Positions 26,999-40,600 of a DNA stretch of 64,000 nucleotides are shown in pieces. Under the pieces are notes generated by a model. The model had not been told where the DNA came from and did not search any database. It saw only the letters and a program-made list of their open reading frames with translations. Both the position numbers and the translations under genes were made by a program. Each line of letters starts with the position of its first letter. The first letter of the stretch is position 1. Location: assembly GCA_003427395.1 (NCBI GenBank), contig BFEA01000013.1, positions 4,869,759-4,933,758 of the forward strand, in the 5' to 3' direction. The stretch is from Chara braunii (Eukaryota; Plantae; Charophyceae).

Positions 26999-27423
26999 GT
27001 GTTGCTGGTGGTGCTCCAGACAACTCACCAACACTCCAAATTTCCTGCTGCCCTTAACACAATCTTACCCTACACCCTTTGGGGTACCGCAGGGAGCAGA
27101 AGATGGCAGGGCTCTCATACCGTTTTTGCTCTCGCTAAAGGTTTACCCCTTTGAGCGCGCGCTTTAGCCAACGCCTGATCATCGAAGGCGGTTCCATGAC
27201 TCCTACTTGAGTCATGGGACAGCCTTCGATGCTCAAGCGTTGGCTAAAGAGTGCGCTCAGAGGGGTGAACCTTTAGCAAGCGCAAAGGCGACCTTAGAGC
27301 TTTGCCATCATCTGCACCCTGCGCTACCCCAAAGGGTGTATGGTAAAATGGCGTCAAGGGCAGAAGGAAATTTGGAGCGGTAGTGGGTTAAACTGAGTTT
27401 GTTTGGCGCACCACCAACAACAT
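26999..27423. repeat. Long imperfect inverted repeat (~205-bp arms, 6-nt loop at 27203-27208)
   Basis: ...CATCGAAGGCGGTTCCATGACTC-CTACTT-GAGTCATGGGACAGCCTTCGATG...; pairing extends out to GTTGCTGGTGGTGC / GCACCACCAACAAC. Confidence 0.92.
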
Positions 27424-27976
27424 GCTAACCCGGCCGCCCGGAACCTTATCGTTCCACCAAAATAACTCTAAACAAGGAAAAATCAAACCATCGGACTCCC
27501 ACAATTAAAGTAATGTTTGTAAGTCTGACTTATCTGAAATAGGAGTGTGCATCCGTTTACGCACTCGAAGGAAAGGCCTAGTTGCTCGTTGTTTCATTCT
27601 GCGAGCGTTCGTCCCATAACCTTTTTCGTGTGAGGCCCTCAAGTGTAGTCTGGACTTGGATCTACAAGAAGGACCCGTAAACGAGGGTAGGCATAAAATT
27701 CAGTTATGCGAACCCTCACGATCAGTTGTCATGGCAATGCTTCATGCGTTACCCGCAACCGCTCGACCCAGCACGAGAACCAGCGTTGCATACGACACTC
27801 AAGTGTCAGAAATGAGGTATCGTGAGGGGTATTTCCTTCACGATATTGAACGGTTAAAGGATAAGCCATTCGATCCTCGCGGCGCTTCTCACCTTTAGGC
27901 AAAGCGCCACGATGGGCAATGCTCATATGCTCAACGCATAGGGGAAACCCTTTTGTGCTAAGCTAAAACCTGGAAT

Positions 27977-28086
27977 CAGGGTTGTCGAGCCCCGGTCCCA
28001 GGGGCCCGGCGAGGGTCCGGAGGTCCGGGGGTGGGCACCCCCAACCCCGGCTCCGGACCACCCCCCCCCCCAAAAAAAAAAAAAAA

Positions 28087-28119
<33 letters not shown>

Positions 28120-29138
28120 GGGGGGTGCATAGCGAGAGCTCGCAACACGTGGGCTAAACCCAAAAAATGGGGTTTTATGCCCCGGCCCGTACCCCCCCTG
28201 GGGCCACACCCACCATTGGTGGGACCGGGGTAGCTGCTGGTGCGGGGNNNNNNNNNNNNNNNNNNNNNNNNNNNNNNNNNNNNNNNNNNNNNNNNNNNNN
28301 NNNNNNNNNNNNNNNNNNNNNNNNNNNNNNNNNNNNNNNNNNNNNNNNNNNNNNNNNNNNNNNNNNNNNNNNNNNNNNNNNNNNNNNNNNNNNNNNNNNN
28401 NNNNNNNNNNNNNNNNNNNNNNNNNNNNNNNNNNNNNNNNNNNNNNNNNNNNNNNNNNNNNNNNNNNNNNNNNNNNNNNNNNNNNNNNNNNNNNNNNNNN
28501 NNNNNNNNNNNNNNNNNNNNNNNNNNNNNNNNNNNNNNNNNNNNNNNNNNNNNNNNNNNNNNNNNNNNNNNNNNNNNNNNNNNNNNNNNNNNNNNNNNNN
28601 NNNNNNNNNNNNNNNNNNNNNNNNNNNNNNNNNNNNNNNNNNNNNNNNNNNNNNNNNNNNNNNNNNNNNNNNNNNNNNNNNNNNNNNNNNNNNNNNNNNN
28701 NNNNNNNNNNNNNNNNNNNNNNNNNNNNNNNNNNNNNNNNNNNNNNNNNNNNNNNNNNNNNNNNNNNNNNNNNNNNNNNNNNNNNNNNNNNNNNNNNNNN
28801 NNNNNNNNNNNNNNNNNNNNNNNNNNNNNNNNNNNNNNNNNNNNNNNNNNNNNNNNNNNNNNNNNNNNNNNNNNNNNNNNNNNNNNNNNNNNNNNNNNNN
28901 NNNNNNNNNNNNNNNNNNNNNNNNNNNNNNNNNNNNNNNNNNNNNNNNNNNNNNNNNNNNNNNNNNNNNNNNNNNNNNNNNNNNNNNNNNNNNNNNNNNN
29001 NNNNNNNNNNNNNNNNNNNNNNNNNNNNNNNNNNNNNNNGTTTTGGCAGGGCCGGGGGTCGGGTAGCCCCGCGGCAGGCGTCCGGAGGTCAAACCCCTAC
29101 CCCGACTTAGGCCCGGGGATCCCCGCGTGACAACCCTG
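27977..29138. mobile_element. Non-autonomous hAT-type element (MITE-like), mostly an assembly gap
   Basis: TIRs CAGGGTTGTC / GACAACCCTG. 8-bp TSD CCTGGAAT (27969-27976) / CTTGGAAT (29139-29146), 1 mismatch. Confidence 0.85.
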
Positions 29139-30467
29139 CTTGGAATGTAAAGGACAAGGAACTCGAATCCAGTTTTGGACCAACATACGACCAAACTAAA
29201 TCAAGTAGCAAATACGGGTGGGCGTGTGATCGCGGTGTCGCGAAACTCGGTTAACCACACTTCCTCCTAGCTGTCACAGTTATGCAAATCAAAAAGGTTC
29301 AATCTACAACAAAAAAGTAGTGTGGTATCAAACAATCACTATCACAACAATAGTATGACTTATCCGTCTGCATTTACGCAATATACAAGCAATCACCATA
29401 GCTCAATCTGATTCTTTCATCCATACATGGGATCACATAGTTTAAAACAACATCGCATTCACTACGGGAGTTAACTTTACCGTTGTTTTTGCGACTCATA
29501 CCCTGCCATTTGCACATAAGCCCTAATCACCTTTCCACCACCCCAACAATAAAAGTAGTCATTTTTTTTAAGGAATGACCATTCAGAAAGAAGTATGGGT
29601 GAAATTCCCAAGAAAACATAAAACCCACAACGGCTAAGGCCTTAGGTTGAGATGCAGCAGCCGGGAAGTTGTGTTGCAACCGACCTGTTATCTAGGGATA
29701 ACAAAAGAATGATCCTTCATAGGATCCGACCGAACTAATCAAGCCTTCAATCGAGTTTGTAGACTTGCATCACAGTTCAGACCAAAGGGGACCAAATACT
29801 ATGTTCAAGACAGATGGAGGGCAAACACCTCTTCATATCCTAACGCCTTTGCTAACGTTTCCCTCTGAAGTCATTGAGAACTTTGGCATCACCTCGACAA
29901 AGTCTTACCTAGCAGAAAATAATCTAACTCTCCAAGTTTGATAAAATTTCAACAGCGCTTCCCGTAGAAAAAAGTGTCTTTTCATAATTTTTACGACCTA
30001 AAAAATGACTAACGCTTTTCAGACTTGTAGAAATTTCAGCAGCGCTTTCCGTAGGAAAATGAGGCTGCCAAGATTTATACAAAGTTGGAAATATAAAAGC
30101 AAAGTGCAACTATACCTGAGACTAACTGTCAAACACTTATCTAGTAGTTAGAACTAGAGATAGTCTACACGATCTCTCTCTTTGAAGGTGGGATCGTGAG
30201 CTAACACTAGTGCCAACTTCTCATAAGGTCAGACCTACCTTATCCCAAACTTCCCTTCCCATCATCCATTCTAGTCTATCTATGACTCCAACACTCTGGA
30301 AACATCTAAGAAAGTAAAGTTATCAAGATATGTCTAAAATTGATTGTCCCTCAATCAAACATGCATAACCAACATCCATTTCTCAATCGTACACTTGCTT
30401 TGGTCAAATAGTTCGTCAATCTCTCAGTTCTTTTAACCCTCAGTAAACCCTCCTTTCCAATGACATA

Positions 30468-31755
30468 GGATCAGACTGCTCGATCTTAGAGGTACGCCTG
30501 ACCTGCCTTAGCAAGTGACTAGGGTACACACAACTAGACTACCCAAACTTAGGGGTATGCCTAACTTACATGACTGAAACGTGTGTCCAAACTGCCCCAA
30601 CTGAGGGGTATGCCCAACCCAACATAAACTATGAACATAAAGAATATGACCAGACCGCTCCAATTGAGGGGTACGTCTGACTTCTGTCTAACTGACGACA
30701 GTAGGCATAAGGCTAGACTGCCACAGCTTAGAGGTATGCCGAGTCAACCTTAAATGAATTTTACGTATGACATAGGATTATACTGCCCCAACTTAGGGGT
30801 ATGCCTAACCTTTCTAAATAGACACAAACGACGAATGGTCGGACTGCCCTAACTTAAGAGCACGTCCAACCTACATAACATTAACGACAAAAGGCATATC
30901 GCTAGGTCGCCCCAACTTAGGGGTACGCCTAGTTAGCCTATACAATTTATGATACACAAGGCAATGTGGTCAGACCGTCTCAACTTAGGGGTACGTTTGA
31001 CATGCCTAACAAGTTACAGACAACGTATGACTAAACCTTCCTAACTTAGGGGTACGCTTAGCCGCCGTAACAACAGTTTAAACAACCATACATACTTTCC
31101 ACAAACTTTACAACTTTATTTCTTCTTAGGCAGATGATCAGACCTATCCAACTTAGGGAGACATCCAGCCCTGCCTTAGTTGTTCTTAGAAAAATAAGGA
31201 GATTTTATACCAACTCTTTGCCTTTAAGTTATCAAGGGTATAGGACTCAACCGCCCCAACTTAGGGGTACGTTCAGTTTGTCCGGGTTATTTTCACATTA
31301 TATTCTTCATTTGTTTTTCTTCTCTTTTTGTCATACCTGACTCACTGACTAGACATCCCAACTTAGGATGTTAATATGTCATACGCGTATATAACATGTT
31401 TATCATTTTTTTATACTTTGGATTACTTTTCAAGTTCATAGTTTATGGCTAGGCCGCACCAACTTAAGGGTAACCTAGTCTCATGTTGTTGTCCCACTCA
31501 TAATAAAACGCACAGATCTGGGTCTACACAACTTAAGATATTCCAAGTCCTGTTCCACTAACCCAAAAGAAACATTAAGAATCTAAGCCTTCCCAACTTA
31601 GGGCGTTCATCCTCCTGTTCAGAAACCCCAAAAAAAACAACTGGCTGGACCGTCCAACTTAGGATAAGCCCGACCCTTATAGGTCATGCATTCAGCCCAA
31701 CATACATGAATAAAACATAGCACTAAACCCACTGAACTTAGAGGGATTCAGCCTT
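30468..31755 (-). repeat. Array of ~18 conserved ~31-nt stem-loop repeats separated by unique spacers
   Basis: Plus-strand consensus ~YAGACYGCCCC-AACTTA-GGGGTAYGYCTRAC. Loops at ~30483, 30546, 30599, 30662, 30725, 30790, 30851, 30914, 30982, 31043, 31150, 31258, 31360, 31461, 31530, 31595, 31656 and 31735. Confidence 0.9.
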
Positions 31756-33344
31756 GGTTTGACCCAGTCAAACACAAGCAGAACACCTTCCCCTCGCCTT
31801 CCCCCATTCATTCTGTCCGAATTCACACAAATAATTTGGGTTATTATAAATACTTCTAAATTTTACCTTTCAGATCATGTCCTCAACTCAAAACAAACAA
31901 AAGTAGCTAGCTTTCTCAGTCATACTTGCAGCCTCACAATAACAAAAGGCAGTATAGTTTTAGATGATGGATCACACGTGTAAAACGAATTTATACCTGA
32001 GTGTTCCCTGCCTCCAGAATCCCGCATAAGCTTCAGCAGAGTTCCCACAGTCGTGGGCAAACTCCCCATAGAGTCTTGGTTCAGTCCTACGGGTTGCAAT
32101 CTCATGTGCCGTCTTCCTCTTGTAACCTTAGACTAAACTTAGAGTAAGAATGGCAGAAGGAGAGGTCTCTTAGTCTCTCAAATGCAAGAAGGGTACTCAC
32201 AGACTCACATGAGAGGGCCTTGTAGCCTTCGATCTCCTTAGGGGTCCGCAGTGGTGGCCAATGACACAACGGAGGTTCCCAGATCTTGGTCAAAATGCAG
32301 AATAACAATCTTCCAGACGGTCCTCCAAGTCGCAGTAATAATGCCTCTATGGAGCTTAATCACTCTCTTGAACACAACGTCGTTCCTCGTGGCCGAATCG
32401 CCGCTACGCAACTTAAAAAGGATGCGTTCAAACAACGCACACTTCCCTCCCCAGTGCTCTCTCCAAACTGCAGGCAAATGAGGCAAGCCCGGCAACTGCG
32501 TGCAGGAATAAGCGCAACGGATAAATACAGTTAAAAGCTCACCAGAACAACAATGCACGTCTCTACGTATAGCAATACACAGCGTGTATGGTAGTACTGG
32601 TCCCCAACATCGTAGGTCGAGTAAAGGGTCCACAACCTATTAACCCTGACTGTGTAGTGATGGTGGCAGCTATCTGACGAAACTGTAACTTGATCTAGGA
32701 AAGATGGTCGCACATTGCACAAGATCCACAGTATAGTGAACATAACCCAATAAGTTAATAACCGTCTCAACCGAATATCTGCCCAGTCGTGGTTGTCATA
32801 GCAAGAATCCAGAGTCTATCTATCTTTTTTGGAAACACTAATAACAACTTGCCTCTACAACCACAACAGTTTGGAGTTTATTCAACATTAAAGGCTTGTT
32901 GAAAAGATCAGTACTATGCAGCGGTCCGCCCAAACGCTCGATCAACAATACTTGAACTCACAGTAGTAATGTTGGAGTATACAAAAGCAACATTTAGTCA
33001 TGCGGCACCCGCAAATCGTTAAGGAAACAAAAGTTACATAGAACAACAATAATATATAACTCCTGAAGAAGAACTGTCGCAGTATAATAACGGTGGTAGT
33101 AGGTCTCAAAAGTTGTATGGAATAAAATCACCAAGTTGGAAATATCGCAGCAGTCTAAGTTTCCTGGCAGCATCACAACCTCCAACTCCTCAGCAACAAC
33201 TCTCTGAAAAATAATAGTTTATCGAACTTTATTCAACTAAGGAACAACAACGGTCTTGCCCCAACTCTAAACATGTTATTCGTTAAAATAGGAGATTATA
33301 TTGTGTCATTTTTCTAACGAATTCATTTTTGGCTACAGCCTGAG

Positions 33345-33905
33345 CAACGTAGGCACACCCATCTAGGACTTATCCACATGCGGAAGCTTGCTGAGATCCA
33401 TACTTGTTAAACTTCATAAACGAGATGAGCAAGGTGTCATGATTGAATCCTGGTTGTATAATATAATTATTTAGGTGAGGACTAATTTGTACAAGCATGT
33501 TCATCCTTCGCCTACGACGGTTGTTTGGATGTTCGATGAGATCTGGACGAAGTGTTCTTCAGAAGACCTAGTGTAACGATAGGCACGCCCATCTGGGAAC
33601 CCTGAGCAGAAGTGTGTTGGGATCTATACTTGTTAAAATTAAAGTTTACAAATGTGATGAGCAAGGTGTCATTATTGAATCCTTGTCGGATAATACATTT
33701 GTTTAGGCTAGTCGCTAAGTTGTGCGGGTTTGCCAATCATCTCGCCCGAGATGGTTGTTTGAATGTTGATGAGATCCGGACTTCTTTACAATACTTAGAG
33801 AGATGATGGACCCGCCCATCATCTAGCCCGATGTGTGAAAGTGTGCTAAGATCCATACTTGTTTATAATTGTGATGAGCAAGGTGTCATGATTGTATCCT
33901 TGTTT
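33345..33905 (+). repeat. Left subterminal direct repeats (3 copies, ~225-bp period)
   Basis: GATCCATACTTGTT...GATGAGCAAGGTGTCATGATTG at ~33395, 33620 and 33850. Confidence 0.75.
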
Positions 33906-34669
33906 GACAAATTGACATGTTTGCTTTGAACAATGTGTCATTGTAAACTTCGAGTAATGTAACAGTTAGAGTAGTAGTCGAAGTAAAAGTCAAAGATGTT
34001 CACCGTTCGTTTTGTAACAAACAGTCAGTTTTGACATACAAGCTCGTTTTCTACGACAACACCTATCATATAGCACAAGAACTTCAAATTTTGCACATTT
34101 TTGATTGAATCCACACTTTAATTGGTCATGGACAAAAGGCTTCGGCACGAATGCAAAGTTGTTGGGTACATATAATGTAGGTGGTCACAAGTCATATGAT
34201 TCTATGCAGACGCCAGAGATGTGATGTTAGTGGTTTTTGCATAATAAACCCCACACTCACACACTCACCGAGATTTGTCTTGCATCCACACACCAAATTG
34301 TCATGTCGCACTACAATTACCGATATTATTTGATGTCAATCACATGTAAACACAATTCGAAACGAGGAACACAATGCGCACTTGCTCCGCCGCATGAGAA
34401 ACGGTTTGGACGTGACAAAAATTCCAAAGTCACCACGTGACGCCAGACTGGCAGTGGACATGCCAAAGATAACTCAAACTCACAACCGTAAAAGAAAACA
34501 ATGTCGTTGTGAAAGCGACAGTTGAGTTATATCAGGATTTACAGAATATAATCATTAATGAATGGACTATTTTCGAAAGAAAGTTTATAAATCAATCAAA
34601 TCCATCAAAGACAACGACGTTCTAAAATACACGATGTCAATTGTCGTCTAATAAGTGGAATGTCTTCAC

Positions 34670-35390
34670 AAGAGGACCTAAAAGGTAGTCGATCACCACG
34701 TTGCAATAGTGTCGCAAACATCAACATGAACACCCCACAACTAGCTCCATTCACTTGTCTTGGAACTCCTTTCACCGCAACATTTGTTGCTATCGACTTC
34801 TAACTCCTACCCGACCGCCTATGTAATGTTTGAAGTTTCAAATACTATACAATCAACTTGAAAACACTAAGGTAAAAACTCGAATCAGCTATAACGCGAG
34901 GAAAATAATCAAAATTTTCGAGGACATTATCTCTGAAGTTGATGGAAAGGAAGATCCAGTGATCATTATCTTTGTAGACAGGAACAAACATAATATCATA
35001 TTGAAGCAGATCTACGTTTTTAGCCCACCTTTCCACCCCACCGTATCCTTGAAGTTGCGGTTTACTGAAGAAGAACGAATTAAAGTTCAAGACTTGAAGG
35101 TCTGACGAGATGTCACATGTCGCATATGCGGTCGATCCTAATAGCGCCATGTAAACATTGACCACCTCATCATTCACCCTGTCGTCGATATAGCAAGAGG
35201 GTGAGAAAAGTTTTGCTGCAATTCGCAACTGGCTATCGACGAGGGCAGAGGGAGCAGTGTGAGGTGGCACCAAGCCTCGTTTAATGTCGTATAAAACCCG
35301 CAAGCTTCTAGGCGCAGTCGCCGCAACGAATCTTCCCCCGCGTGTTTCGCGTGTTGTGGTCCGCACTACACAACATCGAACAAAGGACAC
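34670..35390 (-). pseudogene. Ulp1/SENP-type SUMO protease (peptidase C48) carried by the transposon
   Basis: VNDEVVNVYM...FNSFFF...GYGGVERWAKNVDLLQYDIMFVPVY..DHWIFLSINF...NFDY, then GVPRQVNGASCGVFML at ~34720-34770 (His/Asp/Gln/Cys set present). Stop at 34845. Confidence 0.9.
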
Positions 35391-37694
35391 GCGGGGCAGT
35401 GAGAAACGGAGTGTCTAAGCATTGTCCTTCATCACATAACGCGTTACTAAGTATTTTTCAAACATGGCCTGAACCCTACTCACAGATCGTGGATATGTCC
35501 CTTTCTCTCGGGCAGAAGGGAAAAACACTCCTCAATGGCAATGGCATGCTCCTTCTTCCCGATCTCGACATGAATCCCTGATGCTTTTAATATATCCTTA
35601 TGTTTTGTTGTCAACCCGGCTACTTTCTGCAATATGTGTTCCGAAAATTACAAGAACCTCCATGTTCGAGATGACCCTACCCCTGTACAACAGAAGAAAG
35701 AAACGAAAAATGAATACACATTTCCCAACACGAGTCCGACGAAAGTGACAATATAAAAGAACCACATAATCTACAAGACGCAGAACCTCTCCAATTATAA
35801 AACTCCGATTTTGCATGGCCATGAGCACGGAGCTGCGTATGCGCGGCTGGACAACAGAATGACATACGCATTCGAGCTTGACACCCCCGACCTTTTCAAA
35901 GGAAAACAACAACAAACCACAGAAGCGGAAAACCAACATTCCCTGGAGTTCGGATTCCGACGGACTTTTTCCCACAGCAGGCACACATTGACTAACCACA
36001 TTATGCATTGACATAGGAAGTGCGGATTCCGGCGGACTAAAACCACCACTCTCTTCACGAAGAAAAACCGTAATTCGGATTTTTGCGGACTTTTTCCCAC
36101 AACAGGCACACAGAGACTAACCACATTACGTATCAACATGGGAACTGCGGGTCTTAAACCATTACTCTCTCCAAGGAGAAAAAAACTCCATTCCATTGAG
36201 TTGCCCAGGTTCTTAGCTAGGGGGCGAGTACGTCGTGGCGTTCATCACTGCTTACCAGCGGGTTTATCCCTTTGCTCCTTCGTCGGTGACGTTGGTGCTA
36301 GTAACGCCAACACGTCGAGAGCTTGAGTGCCAACCGTAGATTTTTTCGGGGACGTGACATGTTGCCTGCCCCCGACTTCGCCCTCCCAGCTGGCGGCGAA
36401 GGTGGCGCGCAATATCGGAGAGTTGGGTGGTGAGAAAACAGTGGCGGAGGGCACAAAAGGTGTGACATTGCGGGGGTCGTCCATGATAGGTGTTGCAAAC
36501 CGTAGTGCGGACACCTGCTCGTCGCCGAGTATGCCATCGATAACTTCAACGATGCTTATACGTTGACTTTGTTCAGCCAGGCTCACGGCAACGGAAACCT
36601 CTCGCACCGGTGTTGGAGATCGACTGTAGCTGTCAGCGGTTGAACCTCATAATCTTCAGGGTCTGCTGAAAGGTCACTGACCACCTGCATCTCCATCTCC
36701 ATTGTTGTTGCATCGTCGTCGACATCACGCCCGTGATGCTCTGTGTACAACAGCCCGAACGAGTTAGACGACTCTTTGCGGTCGGCATCGTCCTCACTGT
36801 CCACCCGTTCCTCGTCTTCAATATCGAAATCCTCTTGTTCACCCTCTTCTCCTCCACGCAATAGAAACAACTATTTTTCTCTTTCCTCCCCTTCTTCCCC
36901 CTTTTCCCCTTCTTCCCCTTCTTCCCCTTCATCCCTCCGTTCTCCCGAAAGCTTGTCGAATCCCACGGACCACTCTTCCGTCCCCACACAAGTAGCCCCT
37001 CCCGCCGACATGACAACCCGTGTCTATGGACCCCTTTGTGAAGAAGTCCGGACCCCGGCGGAATTTGACGTATCTAGGTGATTCGGCGCTCCACTCGCTC
37101 CTGGTGCCTCGGGCGACGTAGTTCGGATGCCGGCAGACTTCGCCACATGTTCCTTACCGGACCTGGCAGTTGCATGTCCAGCAAGGGTCCCCCCCCGCTC
37201 CCCGCCACTGCGTTCCATTGTCCTGGCCTCCTGGTGAGGTGAAACCTATCCCCTATCAGTGGTCCCCTCTACTGTNNNNNNNNNNNNNNNNNNNNNNNNN
37301 NNNNNNNNNNNNNNNNNNNNNNNNNNNNNNNNNNNNNNNNNNNNNNNNNNNNNNNNNNNNNNNNNNNNNNNNNNNNNNNNNNNNNNNNNNNNNNNNNNNN
37401 NNNNNNNNNNNNNNNNNNNNNNNNNNNNNNNNNNNNNNNNNNNNNNNNNNNNNNNNNNNNNNNNNNNNNNNNNNNNNNNNNNNNNNNNNNNNNNNNNNNN
37501 NNNNNNNNNNNNNNNNNNNNNNNNNNNNNNNNNNNNNNNNNNNNNNNNNNNNNNNNNNNNNNNNNNNNNNNNNNNCCCTGTGGTCCAATCGCGGGGCGCA
37601 CCTTCCAGTCCACCCATCCCTTCGAAGGGCTTGTGTTGAGGTCGTAGAATTCGTCCGAGAGTTCCAACCACTGCTTGTCCTGAAGTTCTTGAAA

Positions 37695-40600
37695 CTAAAG
37701 TTCAGTAGTGGAATCGATGGCCGGGTCGGCGGGTTGAAGGTTGGGATTTGCATACCTCACTCTGTCGATCACCGAACTCCTTGGGAGTTCCAGGTACTCG
37801 GCCTTGGACTGGCATGGGTACGGCTCCCACAACCCTTGGTCGTTGATGAGGGCCATGATCCACTCGCCCTTCTGGATTGCCGGCTGGATAGTTCCCGAGT
37901 GCCAAATCATGTCATGGCCCCAGTCCGCCTCGCTCGATCGAGTGTGGTCGAGCCCTTCGAAGTGAATGGTATCATCCTTGCGAGAAGGATTATCCAGCGG
38001 AACCGAACTCCCGGGACGCAATGGAGGCGGGGCGGCAGGCCGAGGCGTCAGTCTCGCCGCCAGCTTACTCAGGGTCTTACCCAGGGTGAACGTGAGCACA
38101 GGTGATGCCTGGGTGGCCTGGCTTGTTGAGGGACCGACCGACGAGGAGCCTGGGGCATAAAACACCGGAGCATGATGGTAATCGATCTCGATGTCATCGG
38201 TGTTGCTGTCCTCCTCCGACGTAGAGGTGTCGAAAACAACGCCTGTCTCCGCCTCGTCGTCCGTGGAGATCAAGGCACCATAACTCTCGAGCTTAAGCAC
38301 GTGCTCGGACTCGGTGAAGTACAAACACTCCAGCCGGTCGAGGAAGTTCTTTGCGTTCTTGCGCAACGATAACATGTGTTCCTTGCGGCGCGTGTACTCA
38401 GCGTCGTTGTCCCTCCTGGACCGCGTTTCCAAAAAGAGGAAGTCGTAGATCATGTTCCTCTTCCGCTCACTCAACTTGAACCACATGTCCGAAGATGGTT
38501 CCCGAACGCGTGTTGGTTTCACGCTCCTCGAAATGAACTCGCAGCGGTTGGCTCCAGAGTTGACCTCGCTTTTGAGGAACTCCAACGTGTATTGCAACAA
38601 CTCAGAATTCCCTTCCAGCGCGACCACGTGTCGGCCACTCTTCAAAACCCCCCACATGACTCGCTCGTGTAGCTTGCCAAGGAACATGACGCCCTCCCCC
38701 TTTTTGCATACAAATTTCAGCAGATGGGCCAATTCAGTGGGGTTCTGCTCCATCTCCTTGTAGACCTTCCTGTCAACTCCAGGCATGACCGACGCCCACT
38801 CGCAAGGGTCAAAGGGAATCTCCGATATATCTGTCGGGGTCACTTTCTGATGTGCCCCGGCAGCCGTAGTATCACCTGCCGACAACCTAGCATCATAAAC
38901 GACACAAGTATTCTTCCGCAAATCATCACCTTTGAAGAGAACGTAAATGTGTTCGTCAACCGAGTACAAGTTGTTCCCCACTGGAAAACTTTTCTTCTGC
39001 TGCGTCCTCCTAACCCACTTCTCTGCGATTGCCTTGACAATGGGCTAATGGCGCAGGGCCGCAGGCTGGTCATGAAGGAGTAGTCCCAACGCCGAGGGAT
39101 GAAAGCGACGACCGTTCAGTGTGACGGAAACAATTGCTCAAGGGGGGAATTCAAACTCTCGAAAGTTTTTGGTGTCCACTGTTTGAAGTCCAGCGGCTCG
39201 CACAGATCGAGAAAGCATGTGTGACATTTGGCCATCACCAACGAAAAATAAGAACGAAGGGCAGCGTTCTGCTTCTTAATATTGTCCTCGCCCTTCTCAT
39301 CAACTAGAATCCACAAGTGGTTGTAAGGCGTCTTGTGAAGCGTCTGCGCACACTGCCGCACATAACTCACGATATTTCTGCACTTGAGCTTATTTCCCGC
39401 TTGGGTTCCTCGTAACTGTTTTTGGGAAACCCTTTTCCTTCCACAGCCACCGAATGTCCTTCATTGACAGTTTTTAGGTGTCTTGGAGGTGCCTTCAAGT
39501 CCTTCTTGTTGTCCTCCGAGGCGACCAGAAAATACCCCTCGAACTTCTCGTCCGAGAAGTAAACCATACGTGCAGGCCACCTCTCGAAGTTGTACCTCAA
39601 TGCGACGTCGCTGCCGAGATGCGTCCTGGCTGCAGCCGCTTTGTGCTGGCCGGAAACAACGTAATAATAGTATTGGTCTACCAACTCGTCCTTCCTGTCC
39701 TCTGGCTTCAGACGATCCGCTCGTATGCCTGACTTCGGTTTTTCCAGCCCGAGTGGCGCCAGCTTAAGGGTAGGCAACTCGTACGTCTTTTCGGCTTGCG
39801 AGAAGGTCATCCTCATCGCTTCAATGATGAGCTGCGTGTGCACGGGATCCAGCGACCGCTGGTTGTACGAGGCTTCCCACTCACCAATGTCGACGACCCG
39901 CGACGAGTTAATAAAGAACTCCCGCTTTGTCCGCACGCCATCTTTCCATTCCAGGAAGTACGAGGCGTTGATGTTGATGAGGCCCTTCGCCTCGACAGCA
40001 CCCGACTGAGGCTATTTCTGCGCCGACGCCGGGCGCTTCGGACCCGATGTGCCCTCTTGCCCCTCAACTCCCTTCCTTTTTCCCAACATCGTCTGGGGGT
40101 TCCTTGCCTTATGTTTCTTTGCAGAAACCGCAACCTCTTCCTGAGGATCTCCGCTTCTCTTATGCACAGGTTGTTGTACACCCTCTTCGCCCCCCCCGAC
40201 TGACGCCGACGGCCGGTCGTGAACAGGGGTGTGCCCTTCCACCCCAGGAATACTGAGGATAGACTGGTCTCCCCGCCTAAGCGGCGAAGCCCGCGTCTGC
40301 TCTTGTTCTTCATCGAAGCGACTATGGGCCCTGCCCCGGTGGAGTTAGGAAGAAGGACCGAAACCCAAATCTCCCCCTTCCGTGGGAGCACCGCTGGATT
40401 CGAACCCGATGCACATTTGAAGAGGCTGCGACAACTCTTGGTTGAATAGAATGTGGCAGGATCCTCCAGGTTGATGTTCCTCTGCTCCACCAAGTCAAAA
40501 AATTCCCTCGCCGAAACAACACCTTCTACTGTGAGATCTTGGTAGAAAGGGGTCTTCAACAACCCCCGCGCCAGACCTCTGGAACAGGTCGAAAGACAAA

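Noticed and set aside
30468-31755. Annotating the stem-loop array as a true CRISPR locus
   Set aside because: Repeats are degenerate, spacing drifts from ~63 to ~105 nt, there are no cas genes, and the context is a eukaryotic retroelement. Kept as a structured-repeat finding.
32238-33185. Short minus-strand ORFs upstream of the stem-loop array as an effector gene
   Set aside because: No recognisable domain and many stops; cannot be supported without comparing other copies.
34670-35390. Ulp1 as a host gene
   Set aside because: Lies within TIR/TSD-bounded DNA, shows no evident introns and has a stop before the catalytic Cys segment.
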